A DNA stretch of 64,000 bases. It comes from Amphiscolops sp. MND2022 (Eukaryota). Shown here piece after piece: positions 24,354 to 38,100 of this stretch; within the stretch, counting starts at the first letter, position 1, and the number at the start of each line of letters is the position of its first letter. The stretch spans positions 50,160,001 to 50,224,000 of the forward strand of contig OZ076409.1 of assembly GCA_964187785.1 (NCBI GenBank), read 5' to 3'. A model generated the notes under the pieces. The model ran no database searches. It saw only the letters and a program-made list of their open reading frames with translations, and was not told the DNA's origin. A program made the position numbers and the translations under genes.

Positions 24354-24642
24354 TGAAATGCTTGGATGTCATATAAGCCAGTTTTGCCAAAGTGTTGTTC
24401 CACTTGAAAGGTTGTAGTTTCACGGCTTCTCTGTAGTAGTTGTGCCGGTCAAGAATAACTTTGGAGAACTTCATTCCCTTGCCCAACGTTCCATCAGGAT
24501 TTGGAATGTCTGGATTATCTGACGGAAACGATTCTACCGGAATCTTGCCCAGCGATGTCGCCTTTGATATTACAGCAAAAAATGCAAACGTCATGGTCGA
24601 TGAAATGAACAGCCTTGATTTGGCTGCATTCGTGAACATCAT
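24354..24642 (-). CDS. CAP/SCP-domain (PR-1/GLIPR/CRISP-like) secreted protein gene, exon 1
   Basis: Hydrophobic N-terminus (MTFAFFAVISKATS), ILDRHNYYR...FKWNNTLAKLA, donor A|gtaagt; splices to 6078 giving SKHF-R-ENDCQDKH. Confidence 0.85.
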
Positions 24643-25394
24643 TATGAGTCACAATTGGCCTAAACAAAAGAAGAACATAGGCGCAAAGGAGCTTTACGCA
24701 AAACTCGCATTGACGATGGGCTCACATCGGCATCGGCAAGCACGCAAAATCTATGAAAAGATTACCAGATACAGCAAACGGCGGCGTGGTATGCGAAACG
24801 GTAAAAATCGTGGGACAATAAATGTTTTAGAGCTAATAAACTTTCCTCAAAATGCTTTCCGCAGAAAATTTAATATTTTTTTGGAAAACTAACGGCCAAG
24901 TTCGCTGATCGAGAATATTTGCAGCGCTTCTCGACGCATTGCTTTTCATAACTCCCCGACGCATTGCTTTTCACAAAAGATGCCTTATTGGAGAATTAAT
25001 TGCTTTAACAGTTTAGCAGGAATTTTGCGAACATTTCTGAGAGTTAAGGGCAAATGTTTTGGTGACGGAAACCTTTTTTCAAAAACAAATGGAAAATCGC
25101 AGCTCTTCTTGTTCCTTCATTTCACATACCTTTCACGGTAATTGGCTTTGATTGAAGGCCTTGATGCGACTACAAATTTTACCTCCTCAAAATAATCATT
25201 TTTCAAGATTCATTCGCAGAAAAACAATCGACAAAAAATTGTGAAGACAACCAAACTTTTCACCATGGTCATTTGCAATTTTGATGTTTTTTCCTGAAAA
25301 AACGATCTGATTTTTGTGCTTCGAGATATAACGCTTCGACTAAACAAGTGTTATCTCACTTTCATACGGAAAGGTTAACAAAAACAAGTAAGTT

Positions 25395-26341
25395 TGTTGG
25401 CGCCAGTCAATTGCGAGATCAGAAACTCAAGTTCGAACGTGACTGATGAAGCTTAGAACTCAAAACTCTTAGAAAGTTGAACAAGAGTTTCGTTGGAAAA
25501 TTGCAACTTTTAGCAAAATTAGCCGTGTGTAAAAAACACCACCCCCCTTTTTGAGAAGCTCCTGTTCAATGACCCTGAAACTTAGCACGCATATACTAGA
25601 GGTGCTAACTCAACTTTTCACTCAGAACACTTGACCTCGTATCTCCCTTGGGTTCAGAGCAATTAACACCCAAAGTGACCTAGGTCGGACCCCATGAATT
25701 ACCCAATTTTGATGTATTAATTATTATAAGATTTTCTCATAAGACCTTGAAGGAAATGTAACTCTGTTGAAATTAATGATATTTACATTGTGTAAACATA
25801 CTTTCTAACCCACCTGACCATAATGCCAAAACCACCACATAGTTTATTTACTTAGCCAATAACTTCATTTTATGCTTTAAATGTCAGTTATTTATACCGC
25901 ATATTTCAACTGATATTTGCTTATATTCACTGTAGAATTGTAAACGATATGTATACCAATATTAGAAAGAGATTTTCTCCACTGAATAGCTATAGTCAAG
26001 TTGGGTCTCAGGACCGCGAGACTAATTAATCAACTTCTCAATCTTCACAACTTTTCGCTAGAGTCAGAGCGACTAAGTAGCTACTCTCATAGTTGGAGAG
26101 CCGGAGCGCGTGAAGATACAGTGAGGGAAGTGTGTGCAGGATCACATCGGATCCAAACCAGTGCAAAGAGGAATCGCAGGCGATTCCACGGGTCACATCG
26201 GACCCACCAGTCTAAAGATACAGTCCTTTAAACAAGAAAACCAGGAATTGTTTAGTGACGGTCCACAGCACTAAGCAACGGATCAGGGCGACGTAAAGCT
26301 TGTCAAGCCTCAGCGCAGGATAAGGGCAAGCAGCCGTTACA
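25395..26341 (+). repeat. BEL 5' LTR
   Basis: Direct repeat of 30995-31939. Confidence 0.95.
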
Positions 26342-26438
26342 TTTGGTTCGCCGACCCGGACTAGAAGAAGACGACTCGTTGGTGGACAACTGAGAAGATT
26401 GCCCAAGAAGAACAAGTGTCTGGATCTTGGAGTCTCTG

Positions 26439-26670
26439 ACTACGGTGTCTCTGGGAGTTTGGGCTACTGTGTCTCTGGGAGATTGGGCTACTGTGTCTCT
26501 GGGAGTTTGGGCTACTGTGTCTCTGAGTGATTGGGCTACTGTGTCTCTGGGAGATTGGGCTACTGTGTCTCTGGGAAATTGGGCTACTGTGTCTCTGGGA
26601 GATTGGGATACTGTGTCTCTGGGAGATTGGGCTATTGTGTCTCTGAGAGTTTGGGCTATCGTGACATTGG
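26439..26670 (+). repeat. 24-bp tandem repeat, about 9.5 copies, in the BEL leader
   Basis: Unit GGGCTACTGTGTCTCTGGGAGATT. Confidence 0.95.
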
Positions 26671-26812
26671 GAACTGAGTTCAATCAAGAAGAGAAGAGAT
26701 GGCTCAACCAAAACGATTTGATATCAACAAAGTTGAAAACTTCCTGAAGAACTCTGCAGATAACGCGCAAACGCGGAGTTATTAGAATGCAGCTGTCGAG
26801 CACGGAAAGACC

Positions 26813-29800
26813 GTGAAAGCAATTGATGAAAATCTAGCTAGCAATGATGACGACAAGCAGATAGCAGAGCTACTGTTACGACAAACAAATGCCATCAACA
26901 GGCGAGAACGACTCATTAAGGCAGTCGAAAATGCAATAAAATTCAAGTATCAACCGCTGATACCCGAAATATTCTCAACAGTGAACAAAAAAATAAAAAG
27001 TCGATTTGTTGAGTTGCAGCAGCAAAACTCTAGAATTGGAAAGATGATAATACTGATATCAGCATTGCAAGATGAAAATCAGATACTGAACTACCTGGAT
27101 CTTGAAGGAAAGAAACGTGTTATTGACGAAAGAATTGTACACAACGAAAAGTTGAGCGATAAACGAATTGGAAACGGCGAGGACGCCGAAGCAGATTATG
27201 CAGCAGCATGTCAAGAATTGCTTCAAGAGAGGTCTGACCTCAAACTAAAAATTGAAGCTCCCCTGAAATCAGGAGAAGCTGGAGCCATCTTGCGAAGCCT
27301 TGAGGACGCCGAACAAAGACTAGCAGACGTTCGCGCAAGCGTAGCCGCAGACAAATCAAGTAAAAATGGCACTTCACCACAAAAGGAGCCCGAACCAGAC
27401 GAGGAGCAGAAAGAAGACAATGGTCATAACGCGGGTGACAGCCAAGAGCGAAACAAATAAGCTAGATCATTGCCAATACAAGAATTGAGCATACACTCGC
27501 GAAGTAAAAGAACCAAAAGCAACAAAACGTCTGTGAATTCAAAAACATCAAGTGCAAGACGAGTTCTCGATTTGGAACTAAACGCTTTGAAAGAGCAAGA
27601 AGAATTGCAAAGTCGCCTGGAGAAACTCAGACGCAATGCGGAACAAAATGAAATAGCAGACTTACAAGAAAAGCTGGCCCGCAAGGCCAAAATAGCCGAA
27701 AAAGAAATAGAAAGGACTAAAGTTTCGAGTAGTTGTGGGTCTAGCTTCAGAAGTATCTCACCAGTCGGGACTCCAGATGACAATCTGACGAAAGTCTCAG
27801 ATTGGATGGACAAGACCGAAGAAGCTGAAAACGTGGCATCGCCGAATAAAGTGCCACCAGGTTACCAGCAAACGTCCGTCTCAGCACCAGTGATTACAGT
27901 ACAATTAACGCATGGAGGACAATGCTCCGCGCTAGTGAGGGACTTGAAACCATCAGTGAAACCGACCATATCCACAGAAGCCGCTGTGCGAGGTATTGGA
28001 ATGGAAAGAACAAAGACTGTCATAGGTGCTGGCAGTCAAAGAGCAACAGCACAACCAGAAGTGAAATTCGCCACATCGAAGCCGCCAAGGACCCTTATGG
28101 CAGGCCAAAGCTAGGTAACACCTACGAATGGAGGCAACCCGAATAGTGCGTTTCAAGTACCACAGCTTGCGAACACACAGACGCAGTATATGCCAAGTCA
28201 AGGGCCAAACATAGTGTCAAATGCGAGAGATGACTACAACATCAGATCTAGCTTGCCAAAACTGAAGTTGGCAGAATTTTCAGGTGACCCATTGGAGTGG
28301 CCAGAGTGGTCACAACTATTTCAAGCAACCGTCCACGCAGCAAACATGGACGACAGTGTAAAGATGAATCACCCGAGAACAATGGTCACGGGCAAAGCCA
28401 AGGAGGCGATTGCTGGCCTTGGGTACACAGCGGAGATGTACAATGTGGCGTGGAACGTTCTAGTTCGAAACTTTGGAAAACCTCAGATGGTTGTGAACGC
28501 CCAGTTGAAGCGAATCTATTCCTTTCCTTCGATGAAACCTTATGATGGAGCCGCATTGATCAAGTTTGCAAGAAAAGTGTCGAGTTGTGTGAACGTTTTG
28601 ACACAATTCAACTACGTGGGAGACCTAAACTCAGAAGGAGTTTTAGGCAGTGCCACAAGGAAGTTAACACTGGACATGAAAACGAAGTGGCTCACTTATG
28701 TCAAGCAAATGAACCTGTATCAACCGGGACTCGCTGTGTTCAGTGAATGGCCCAATGATATAGCAGATGTTCAAAATGAATTGCTATTGTATTCGAACCC
28801 AAATGCTGATTGCGCAAAGACGAGCTACAAGGAAAAGGCCGAACGCTCTACGTTTGCCACCTCTGCAGCAAACTCTGCAAATGACAATACGAAAACTCAG
28901 CGAGAGTGTGTGTTGAAAGATGGTCAACATCCAATATGGAAATGCGAAAAGTTCAAGAAGATGAACGTCGAAGAAAGAGGACAAAAGGCGAAAGAACTGA
29001 AGCTGTGCTTCAAATGTTTGTCAGACGCGCATCAGATGAGAAATTGCTCTGGTAGACTCTGCGACGTAGATGGTTGCGGAAAACCTCATCACAGATTGCT
29101 ACACAGATCATACAAGAACGTGGAACAAAAGAAAAATGTTAAAAATATCGACGAGGTCTCTAACCTGTCCTCAATGAGAAGCAGTGGTGTGCTTCCAGTC
29201 GTTCCAGTAACGATAGGGAGTGGGAGCAAAGCTCTGAAAACGTTCGCTTTGTGTGACTCTTGAGCCAGCCTGTCCATTGTGGCCGAGAGCCTGATGAAAA
29301 CGCTAATTCTGACGGGACAGACAGTGGATTTGAATGTTGCAGGGATTCATGGTACCTCAGATATTAGTAGTAAACGACTTCGAGTCAGGATTGGAGATCA
29401 AGACGGAAAGGTCAAAGAAGAAATCATGGCCTATAGTCACCCCAACGTAAATGCAGGAAATCGAACGTACAACCTCAAGAAATTGAAAGAAACATATCCT
29501 CACCTGTCAGTCTTGAAAGACTCAACCATCAACTTGAAAGATGTCAAAGTCATCTTAGGCCAAGATTGCTACCACTTGCATAGAGCAATCGACTTTAGAA
29601 AGTGTGGAAACGCAAAGCCGTGGGCAGTGCGGACAAAATTGGGTTGGATGCTCAGTGGACCCTTGCCTCAGCAAAAAACTGCTAATTTCGCCACTGAAAG
29701 TTTGGTTTTTGCAGATGTGGATCCATTGGTGGATCAGATGAAAACTCGGTCGAGCATGGAAATGTATACTTCCCACTGCAGCGTATCCGAAAAGTCCAAG

Positions 29801-30616
29801 GAAAATACGGAGAACTCACCAGACATATTCGTTGTAGAAAGAAACTGGCAGGAAGTCAGTACTAAACCCCTCCTTTTGGAGATCAAGCAAGTCTGGCAAG
29901 ACAAAATGTACCTAGCTGTGAGTGACCATATGATAGTCGAACAAGACGAAAACATGGGTTTCTCAATTGTAGAAGAAAAGAACGAACATGAAAGTTTTGC
30001 AATTAAACCAAACCTCCGAACCTTGGAAGAATTTACTGTGATGCTTGATTTGGTGAAACAGAATATGGATGTCGCCTCTGTGCGACAGCATGTGAAAGAA
30101 AAGCAATCAACTCAAAAGCAAGCAATTAAGCTCGCTGTCAACACTCTAACACTTGAAGAGGGAAGAAAAGTTTCTCAAATGAACATAGTTGTTGAATTCG
30201 TAAAAGAGTGTCAACTCGAACTTCATCAAGACTCAAGAGGAAAAGCGATTTATCGAAGACACCTCAGTGGTCTGTTGAAACGCAACCAATCGTCTAAAGA
30301 CAACGCAGTCGATGAAATAAAAGCCGTAAAGATGTCAATTTGGAGAAAACGCGATGTTGAGTTGAAAGAAAAACTGCTGGACAAAACCATTCCAAACGAC
30401 AGGGAAAATTGTAACAATTGGTTAGGTAATGGAAATTCGGGAATGGATGCAGTGGCACAAGCTAACGCTAATGCGTACACCAAACCCAAACTGAGCAATG
30501 GCCACCGCAAGCAATTCGAGAAACGAGTATTGAAGTTTGAACATAGCTCAAACCTATTACATGGAAAGTGTTCAATTGACAACTGGCATCCTTTATGCAA
30601 AGATTGTGATAGATGA
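26813..30616 (+). pseudogene. BEL gag-protease polyprotein with in-frame stops
   Basis: Coiled-coil-like N-terminus; LPKLKLAEFSGDPLEWPEW (DUF1759-like); knuckles CFKCLSDAHQMRNC and CDVDGCGKPHHRLLH; protease ALCDS* (stop at the DSG motif); VILGQD, AVRTKLGWMLSGP. Confidence 0.9.
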
Positions 30617-30729
30617 AATTCCAGATGAAATATCGCTAATATAAACGCGATTGGGTCCTTCAAAAGCACAAACAACAACAAGCGCGGAAAATGGGCCTCT
30701 GATAGGGCCGGCTGTATCATGGGACGAAA

Positions 30730-31046
30730 TGATGATGCAACTTCAATTTTTTGGAAAATGGAATAAAGAAGACGTACGACAACTGGGAGTCAATGATTTG
30801 GTTTGGATAGTGGATGAAAATGTGAAAAGAGCGCACTACAAGATGGATAGAGAGTTGGAAGTCTATCATGGAGGTGGTGGGCGAGTGAGATCAGCGCTGG
30901 TGAAAACTGAAGATGGAAAACTGAAACGACCAGTAGTGAAACTGGCACCCATGTTCTACGAAAGTGTTTTTCAGGAGAAAACCAGGGCCGGCAATGTTGG
31001 CGCCAGTCAATTGCGAGATCAGAAACTCAAGTTCAAACGTGACTGA
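30730..31046 (+). pseudogene. BEL integrase C-terminal domain remnant (DUF5641-like)
   Basis: LGVNDLVWIVDEN...GRVRSALVKTEDGKLKRPVVKLAP. Confidence 0.85.
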
Positions 31047-31939
31047 TGAAGCTTAGAACTCAAAACTCTTAGAAAGTTGAACAAGAGTTTCGTTGGAAAA
31101 TTGCAACTTTTAGCAAAATTAGCCGTGTGTAAAAAACACCACCCCCCCTTTTTGAGAAGCACTTGTTCAATGACCCTGAAACTTAGCACGCATATACTAG
31201 AAGTGCTAACTCAACTTTTCACTCGGGACACTTGACCTCGTTTCGCCCCTGGGTTCAGAGCAATTAACACCCAAAGTGACAGAGGTCGGACCCCATGAAT
31301 TACCCAATTTTGATGTATTAATTATTATAAGATTTTCTCATAAGACCTTGAAGGAAATGTAACTCTGTTGAAATTAATGACATTTACATTGTGTAAACAT
31401 ACTCTAACCCACCTGACCATAATGCCAAAACCACCATATAGTTTATTTACTTAGCCAAAAACTTCTTTTTATGCTCTAAATGTCATTTATTTATACCGCA
31501 TAATTCAACTGATATTTGCTTATATTCACTGTAGAATTGTAAACGATATGTATACCAATGTTAGAAAGAGATTTTCTCCACTGAATAGCTATAGTCAAGT
31601 TGGGTCTCAGGACCGCGAGACTAATTAATCAACTTCTCAATCTTCACAACTTTTCGCTAGAGTCAGAGCGACTAAGTAGCTACTCTCATAGTTGGAGAGC
31701 CGGAGCGCGTAAAGATACAGTGAGGGAAGTGTGTGCGGGATCACATCGGATCCAAACCAGTGCAAAGAGGAATCGCAGGCGATTCCACGGGTCACATCGG
31801 ACCCACCAGTCTGAAGATACAGTCCTTTAAACAAGAAAACCAGGAATTGTTTAGTGACGGTCCACAGCACTAAGCATCGGATCAGGGCGGCGTGAAGCTT
31901 GTCAAGCCTCAGCGCAGGATAAGACAAGCAGCCGTTACA
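30995..31939 (+). repeat. BEL 3' LTR
   Basis: Direct repeat of 25395-26341, followed by TSD AAGTT. Confidence 0.95.
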
Positions 31940-32428
31940 AAGTTCGTTCGTTTCCAGTGCGAACCGTCGCAAAAGATTTTTCTCATTCTACGCTACTATA
32001 GCCTAAAAACTAAACAATAGGGTATTTTCCTTCAAAGTATTTATCATATCTGTCGTGGGTGTTCTCCATATCTTCGTCACAACCTCGGTTTCGGGAGAGT
32101 TCACTTCTTTAACTACTTCTGACTTTCTAACTAAAAGTTTCTCCGTATCTTCGTTCCAGTGACTCGGACGAAGCGTCCGATCCTTTCTCAGTCATTTGTC
32201 CTGAATTGACTCCTAATGAAGCTTGAATCTGAAGCCGAACCTGATCATTCGATAAACTATTGAATCCTCTTGAGTTAAGGCTGTAACTGGCAAAACCCCT
32301 GATATCATTCCCTCTGGAGTAAGAGTGTGAATTCGATTGGTTATTTTACTAAGGCATTGTAGCTAGGACTTTCAGGCCTTCTGACTGAATTACTAAATTC
32401 ACGTTCTTCTCTCTCAAAGTGATTGGTA

Positions 32429-32628
32429 NNNNNNNNNNNNNNNNNNNNNNNNNNNNNNNNNNNNNNNNNNNNNNNNNNNNNNNNNNNNNNNNNNNNNNNN
32501 NNNNNNNNNNNNNNNNNNNNNNNNNNNNNNNNNNNNNNNNNNNNNNNNNNNNNNNNNNNNNNNNNNNNNNNNNNNNNNNNNNNNNNNNNNNNNNNNNNNN
32601 NNNNNNNNNNNNNNNNNNNNNNNNNNNN
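32429..32628. other. Assembly gap (200 N)
   Basis: Run of N. Confidence 1.
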
Positions 32629-35600
32629 AGGGAAAATTGCATGAATCCTGGTTACTACATTCTTGAAAAGTCACCTGACCGTCATCAGCTAAGAACATCA
32701 GAGCAGCGGGGAAGTCTAAGAATTACCACATAACATTTTGAAAGCAACTTGGGACGAAAACAACGTATCACTATTGATCAAAACAATCTCTCAATGCGTC
32801 AACAAATAGTAAAAGCTATTACAAATATGCATCCTCAATATTAGGCACGCGCTGACACGCGAGGCATGATAGGTTACAAAACAGAGCGAACTTCAAATTT
32901 TATGTATGGCGATTATTTATCGTTGTAGCCTAATACGGCCCTTAACTACAATTTTGCAACTCAAATAATAACCGGAATAGGTCCAGGGACTGGTACTTAC
33001 AACATCACAAAAACTAAGTAATTACCATTTCAAACATTATTACCAACTGCATTTAATCATATCACTGACAAATGCGCTCTAGAAACATAGAATAATAGCA
33101 TTATAGGTGAAATAATGGCATCAATACATCATTTGTTTGGAACCGGCCAATTAGATAATTCTAATTAAGCAGTATCAAAGAACAGTCACATGGCCGTAAT
33201 CAGCGAGTAATATTACTGCGAGAATATTTGAAGCGCTGTGATTGGCTACTTGTTTGCCAAAAAGTCTCGCAGCCGTAAAAGTACGGAAGCTCACTGGGAC
33301 TCGTTTCCATGCTTCTACTTAGTAATTCAATTTCGCATTGCAATTGTAATTTTACACTTAATTTTACCTTTCAACAATTCACTCATCAATTCGGATAATT
33401 TAGCAAACCTTAACAGACTAATAGCACATAACATCAAGATATTTTCGACTAGAAAAGTTTCATTCTAAAGTGTTTAGAGTTTTAGTATATCGGCAGTGTA
33501 CCTGTGGCGGCTTCTTGCCCGATTGCTGAGGTTGTAATTCTCGTGCCGTCATAGGCAGCAGCCTGCGACAATATCTAACTTGAACTATCTTGAGAATACT
33601 CGAATTCTACAATAATACAGACGCAGAGAAAAAAACACTTAGTTGGCCTGACAAAACTTTGTTTGACTTTTTACGATAAGGTCAAATAGTGACTGTGTGT
33701 TGAGTTACCTTTTCGTTAAAACCAATTTGAATATCAATCGGCAAGATACTGATGATCGAAAAAAAACAACTGATATGACTTCAATCGTAACCTCTTGTTC
33801 ACATCATTCACCTCTGTCAATTAAATCTCGACAAATTACGTGTTTATGTCTGTTGTAATAACCACTCAGATGTGAAAGTTTACATAGCACCATTTCTTAC
33901 CATTTGAGTTATACATCCCTTCACACGGAAGTATACTCTCTCCACATTAAGTTGCTCTCGTCGTAAAGACCTAACAAAGTAGCATCTATAAAGTATTTTA
34001 TCGTCCGACCTACCTCCATTCGAAATCTCAAAAACTTCAACTGACATCACTAGCGATTGAACTGTTGCGGCCATTTCGTCTTTCCTTGCTCTACCCGTAT
34101 TCTATATTTGTTCTCTCCTGACATGCTTGATTCGACTTCTTGGCGGCCGATAATTCCTCTTTTCTAGACTAACCAAAAACAACTGGTTCGAATTTTCCTA
34201 TATCGGCTAAAAATAATTCTTTCTGTACTAAGCAAATAAAATATTTATTCGATGTAGAAATATCGGTACCACCTTCTCTCTACTAACTTAAAAGACGGTT
34301 CGACAAATTGTTAGACGTTTTTTTCTAACTAATAAAATGGTTAGACTTCCTAGTCGTTACCTAAACTTCTCTTTACTAACCAAAACGTATAATTTGGTTC
34401 GAACATTTTTTGTTGTCAGTGCACCAATTTCAATTCTACTATCCCAATTTTTTGTATCAACTTCTGTTAGAAGAAGTTTGCTTTGAGTTTCAATTCAAAT
34501 ATTTCTACACTCTCGTCCTCAACGCCTTCTGCTAGTGACCTAGTTTGTTTTACTATGATCGTCTTTTTCTTTTTTTGATTTTCTTGCCCTGATAGCTCTA
34601 TGTTAGACAACGTTGTCATTGATTTCAATCCCTGATAAATTCCAACGCACCCGGAAACACCTTCTTTTCCCCTTTATAAATGTTCGCTCCTGAAAATTTG
34701 GTGACAAAAATCCCCTTTATTTCCTATCATTTTGCAGTGATGCTTTTTTTGATATTTCTCCTATAGAAATGATGGTACATTCATTTTCAGCATTACTTCT
34801 CCTTCATCAAATCGAATGCCTTCCTTCCACTCTCATCGATCCAATCTCTCTCACTTGAAACCTTGGATTACAACCCAACATATTGCACCTTCATATTGTA
34901 ATACGAACTCTTCGAATTTCAGAAACTTCTGCAAACAATACCACCATCTACTTCCAACCACTCCTCCTTGTCAAATCCAATTAACAACGCACCCCAAACG
35001 CAAAACCACATATCAAGTTTTTTCTTCATCAAACTTCGATCTTAACTTCTCACATAGTACATGATACCCTTTCAACACGTAATTTTTTTTGAAAAGTTTT
35101 TGTGTACTTAATTTAACTTTATGCGAACATGCATTGATCTCATGTGAAACAGTTATGTAATGCTGTTCTGAATACAGAATACGTAATGCTGTTCTGAAAA
35201 TTAAACATAGACCAATAGTAAGTTCGAGTTACTAAAATAAAAATCCTGATTCTGAAATAACTATGATGGCTCCTGGTTTGAATAATATGTACCAATTTCA
35301 ACATTTGAGAAACTTACAAAACAAAAGAAATTTATCATCTTTACTGTGAGGTTTACCAAGCCAATGTTCAGAAATACCAAATTTTTCAAAACTATCTGAA
35401 AGCAATATATGAGAAAATAGAACGTAGAGGAACGAACGAAGCTCAATCTGCTGGTGAGGTTACCTCAACTATTCCAATGGAATCTTCGGTCAACCCAGGT
35501 AGTACCAACCGGATCAACAAGGTTAGAACATTTAACAATTTCACGCGGAATGAGAGACAATCCCATTTAGTTTTGGGCAGCAGCATTGTGGCATTTTTAT

Positions 35601-36149
35601 ATACAGCATTGTGATATACAGGAGCAACCACTGAAGAGAAAAAGTCAATTGTGGAAAATTATCCCAAAATAAAACTCAAGACTGTGGTCGTGCAAGATGG
35701 CAAAATTCCAATCCTTGAAAAGAAACATTTTAACGTACCAGAACTTTTCCATAACTACAAAACTCTGACCGAAAATGTTTTCCATAAATTCCAGCCAGAA
35801 AAATTAGTGCTCTGCAGAAAAGTACCAGTATCAACGTAGACAATGTTCATTGCAACAGAGAAACCTATGGTGCCCTAAGCAAACATATAATTATGTTTGT
35901 GGATACGACTATGGAAGATTCTGAAACATTTCAACTCAACTTTGATTGGTTTCGTCGTCAATATTTCATTCCATATGCTGATCTTTATATTGTTACTGCT
36001 GGACGCAAATTCCCGTTATGAGAATGATCGTGTCAGCGTAAATCCAAACCAATGTTTTACTCATTTATTTACACTCAATCATCCAACACTTTCAGATAAT
36101 AATAGTTTTGAATGTTGAAACACAATGAACTAGTGAAAACCATTAATAT

Positions 36150-37880
36150 TTGTTTCAACAATTTCAATCATTGTCGAATAAAATGTCAGGTAACGTAAAT
36201 TCACCAAAACTGATATGAGAACACCATCGCGAGTGTTTACTACTAATTGATTTTTGATAAAAGCCATTATTGGAAATTATAATTTCGGGAATTACTTTCG
36301 CGAGCAAATTGAGCGCTTTTTATAGTCCAAATGGCGATGAAGGAATGTACACAATTTTTTAAAATATAATCGAAAATGCTCTTCGGAAATACATACAATT
36401 CGGAAATGCTGACTACAAAAAAAAGGTTTTAATCCGAAATGATAAAAGAGCCCTAAGATTACATGAGAGTTGGGTAACGAAAGAAACAAAAAATCTATCA
36501 AGAAATCATTTGCAATGCTAACTGGGCAATCCCCAATATATGGAACGTAAAAATCAATTTCTTGAAAACAATAATCAAGACAAAGTTCAACACCAACGCA
36601 AACTGTTCAATGGATTTACATCCGAAAAAGATAAATGGAACTTTATCAATGAAACCCGAAACACTGAGCGCACAAATGTTCGAAAACATAGCCTAAAAAA
36701 CTGCTTTGGTGATAATGTAACTGTCGATCTCCGAATGGCCAACCTTCTCAACTATTGTTTCTCCAAATTAGGCGAATACTCAGGAGTTGTGACAAATTTC
36801 AACCCCTCGGAACACCTAATCAATGTTGAATTCCAGCTAAAACCCATCAGCATTTATGAATGTCGTAAGCAAATAAACAGTTTGAACAACAATAAACCCT
36901 TAGGTCCTTCAAACATTCCAGCATGGTGTTCACAATTTTGATGCACTAAAACGGTACACGCAATGGTGCACTAAAAGACTCCAGATGTTCTTGCTGAGCC
37001 TCTCACCTTTCTGATAGACACGTTCCTAGAAGAAGACCGAAATAACCGCAAAAACCGCACATCAGACTGGATCGAATAACACCAAGGTATTCCTCAAGGG
37101 GTTGTTTTAGGGCCTCTGCTTTTCAAAACTTATGTCAATCGAATGAAGGAACAATCACGGACAATTGTGAATTGAAACAGTATGCTAATGATACTATGAT
37201 CTTTTCCGCAAAACTATCGAAAAGAAACTCTGAAAAACTTGGAAAAAAACTTCAAAAGATGGCGAATTTTTTGAAATCCATCATCTAACAATTAATGCGG
37301 ATAAAACTGATTTTAATACTTCTTGCAGAATGTCAAAAACAACATAGTGAGAGACATTGAAATCAAGTTAACAGCTAGACCATCTCACCTTCAAACCACG
37401 CGAATTATCTTGGAGAGTTTTTGGATCAAAACTTAACCCATCAGGATGAGGTCAAAAACGAATTGATGAAAATGTCTTGTGGTATTGAAACAATGTACTC
37501 GGTCCGCGATTAATTCTCGGAGAATACTCGTATCTTGCTACTCAATGCTTTGGTAATCAGCAATCTACATTATTCATCGGTACTACTGAATGGAATAACT
37601 GAGAACCTACTCACCACTCTAGAAACAAATTCGATCACACCTCAGACCTGAAAATCTACCATATTATCTCACCAGTTCGATATTTCCTTCAGTACAAGTC
37701 AGTTGTATACTTTTGGAAACTCAGGCATGGAATCTTACCCGCTTCTGCCAAAGTGAAACCAACTACAGCGGTTATCAAAAACAAGGAGCGAACGAACAAA
37801 TTGTACCTGAACTTCACACGCGAGTCATGAATATTTGCTTCTACAAAAAAGTAGTCCCACTATAAAACAACTTACCAGAC
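36150..37880 (+). mobile_element. Decayed non-LTR retrotransposon (CR1/L2-like) ORF2
   Basis: INSLNNNKPLGPSNIP; GIPQGVVLGPLLF; QYANDT; INADKT; YLGEFLDQNLT; NALVISNLHYSS, in broken frames. Confidence 0.85.
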
Positions 37881-37892
37881 AAAGTTAAAATA

Positions 37893-38100
37893 AACAAGCC
37901 GTGACCGGCCCAGCTCGGCACCATATCAAAGCTCAAAAATAGCAATAGGACTTCAAAAAGTCTACCTATTTTCTTTCAGAGCACCTGAAAAAGTTTTTTT
38001 GAAAAAGTCTTGCAATGCCAAAAAAACTGAAAGAGGGGATTTTTCAATATCCATTTATCGCACGACACCAAAAACTTTGAAGGGAAGACCCTTTGTGGGA
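37893..38100 (+). repeat. Truncated copy of AACAAG-starting interspersed repeat
   Basis: AACAAGCC...GGCACCATATCAAAGCTCAAAAATAGC resembles the start of the 41183 copy. Confidence 0.55.

Larger units (their letters stand above)
25395..31939 (+). mobile_element. BEL/Pao LTR retrotransposon, non-autonomous (no RT, RNase H or IN core)
   Basis: LTRs 25395-26341 and 30995-31939 (TGTTGG...GTTACA, ~97%); TSD AAGTT; PBS-like TGGTTCGCCGACCCGG at 26344. Confidence 0.95.

Noticed and set aside
24440..24892. 150-aa plus-strand ORF
   Set aside because: Antisense shadow of CAP exon 1 with no recognisable motif.
26001..26231. 76-aa ORF duplicated at 31600-31830
   Set aside because: Lies within the BEL LTRs, starts with TTG and has no protein features.
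32349..32733. ORFs spanning the N run
   Set aside because: Artefacts of the assembly gap.
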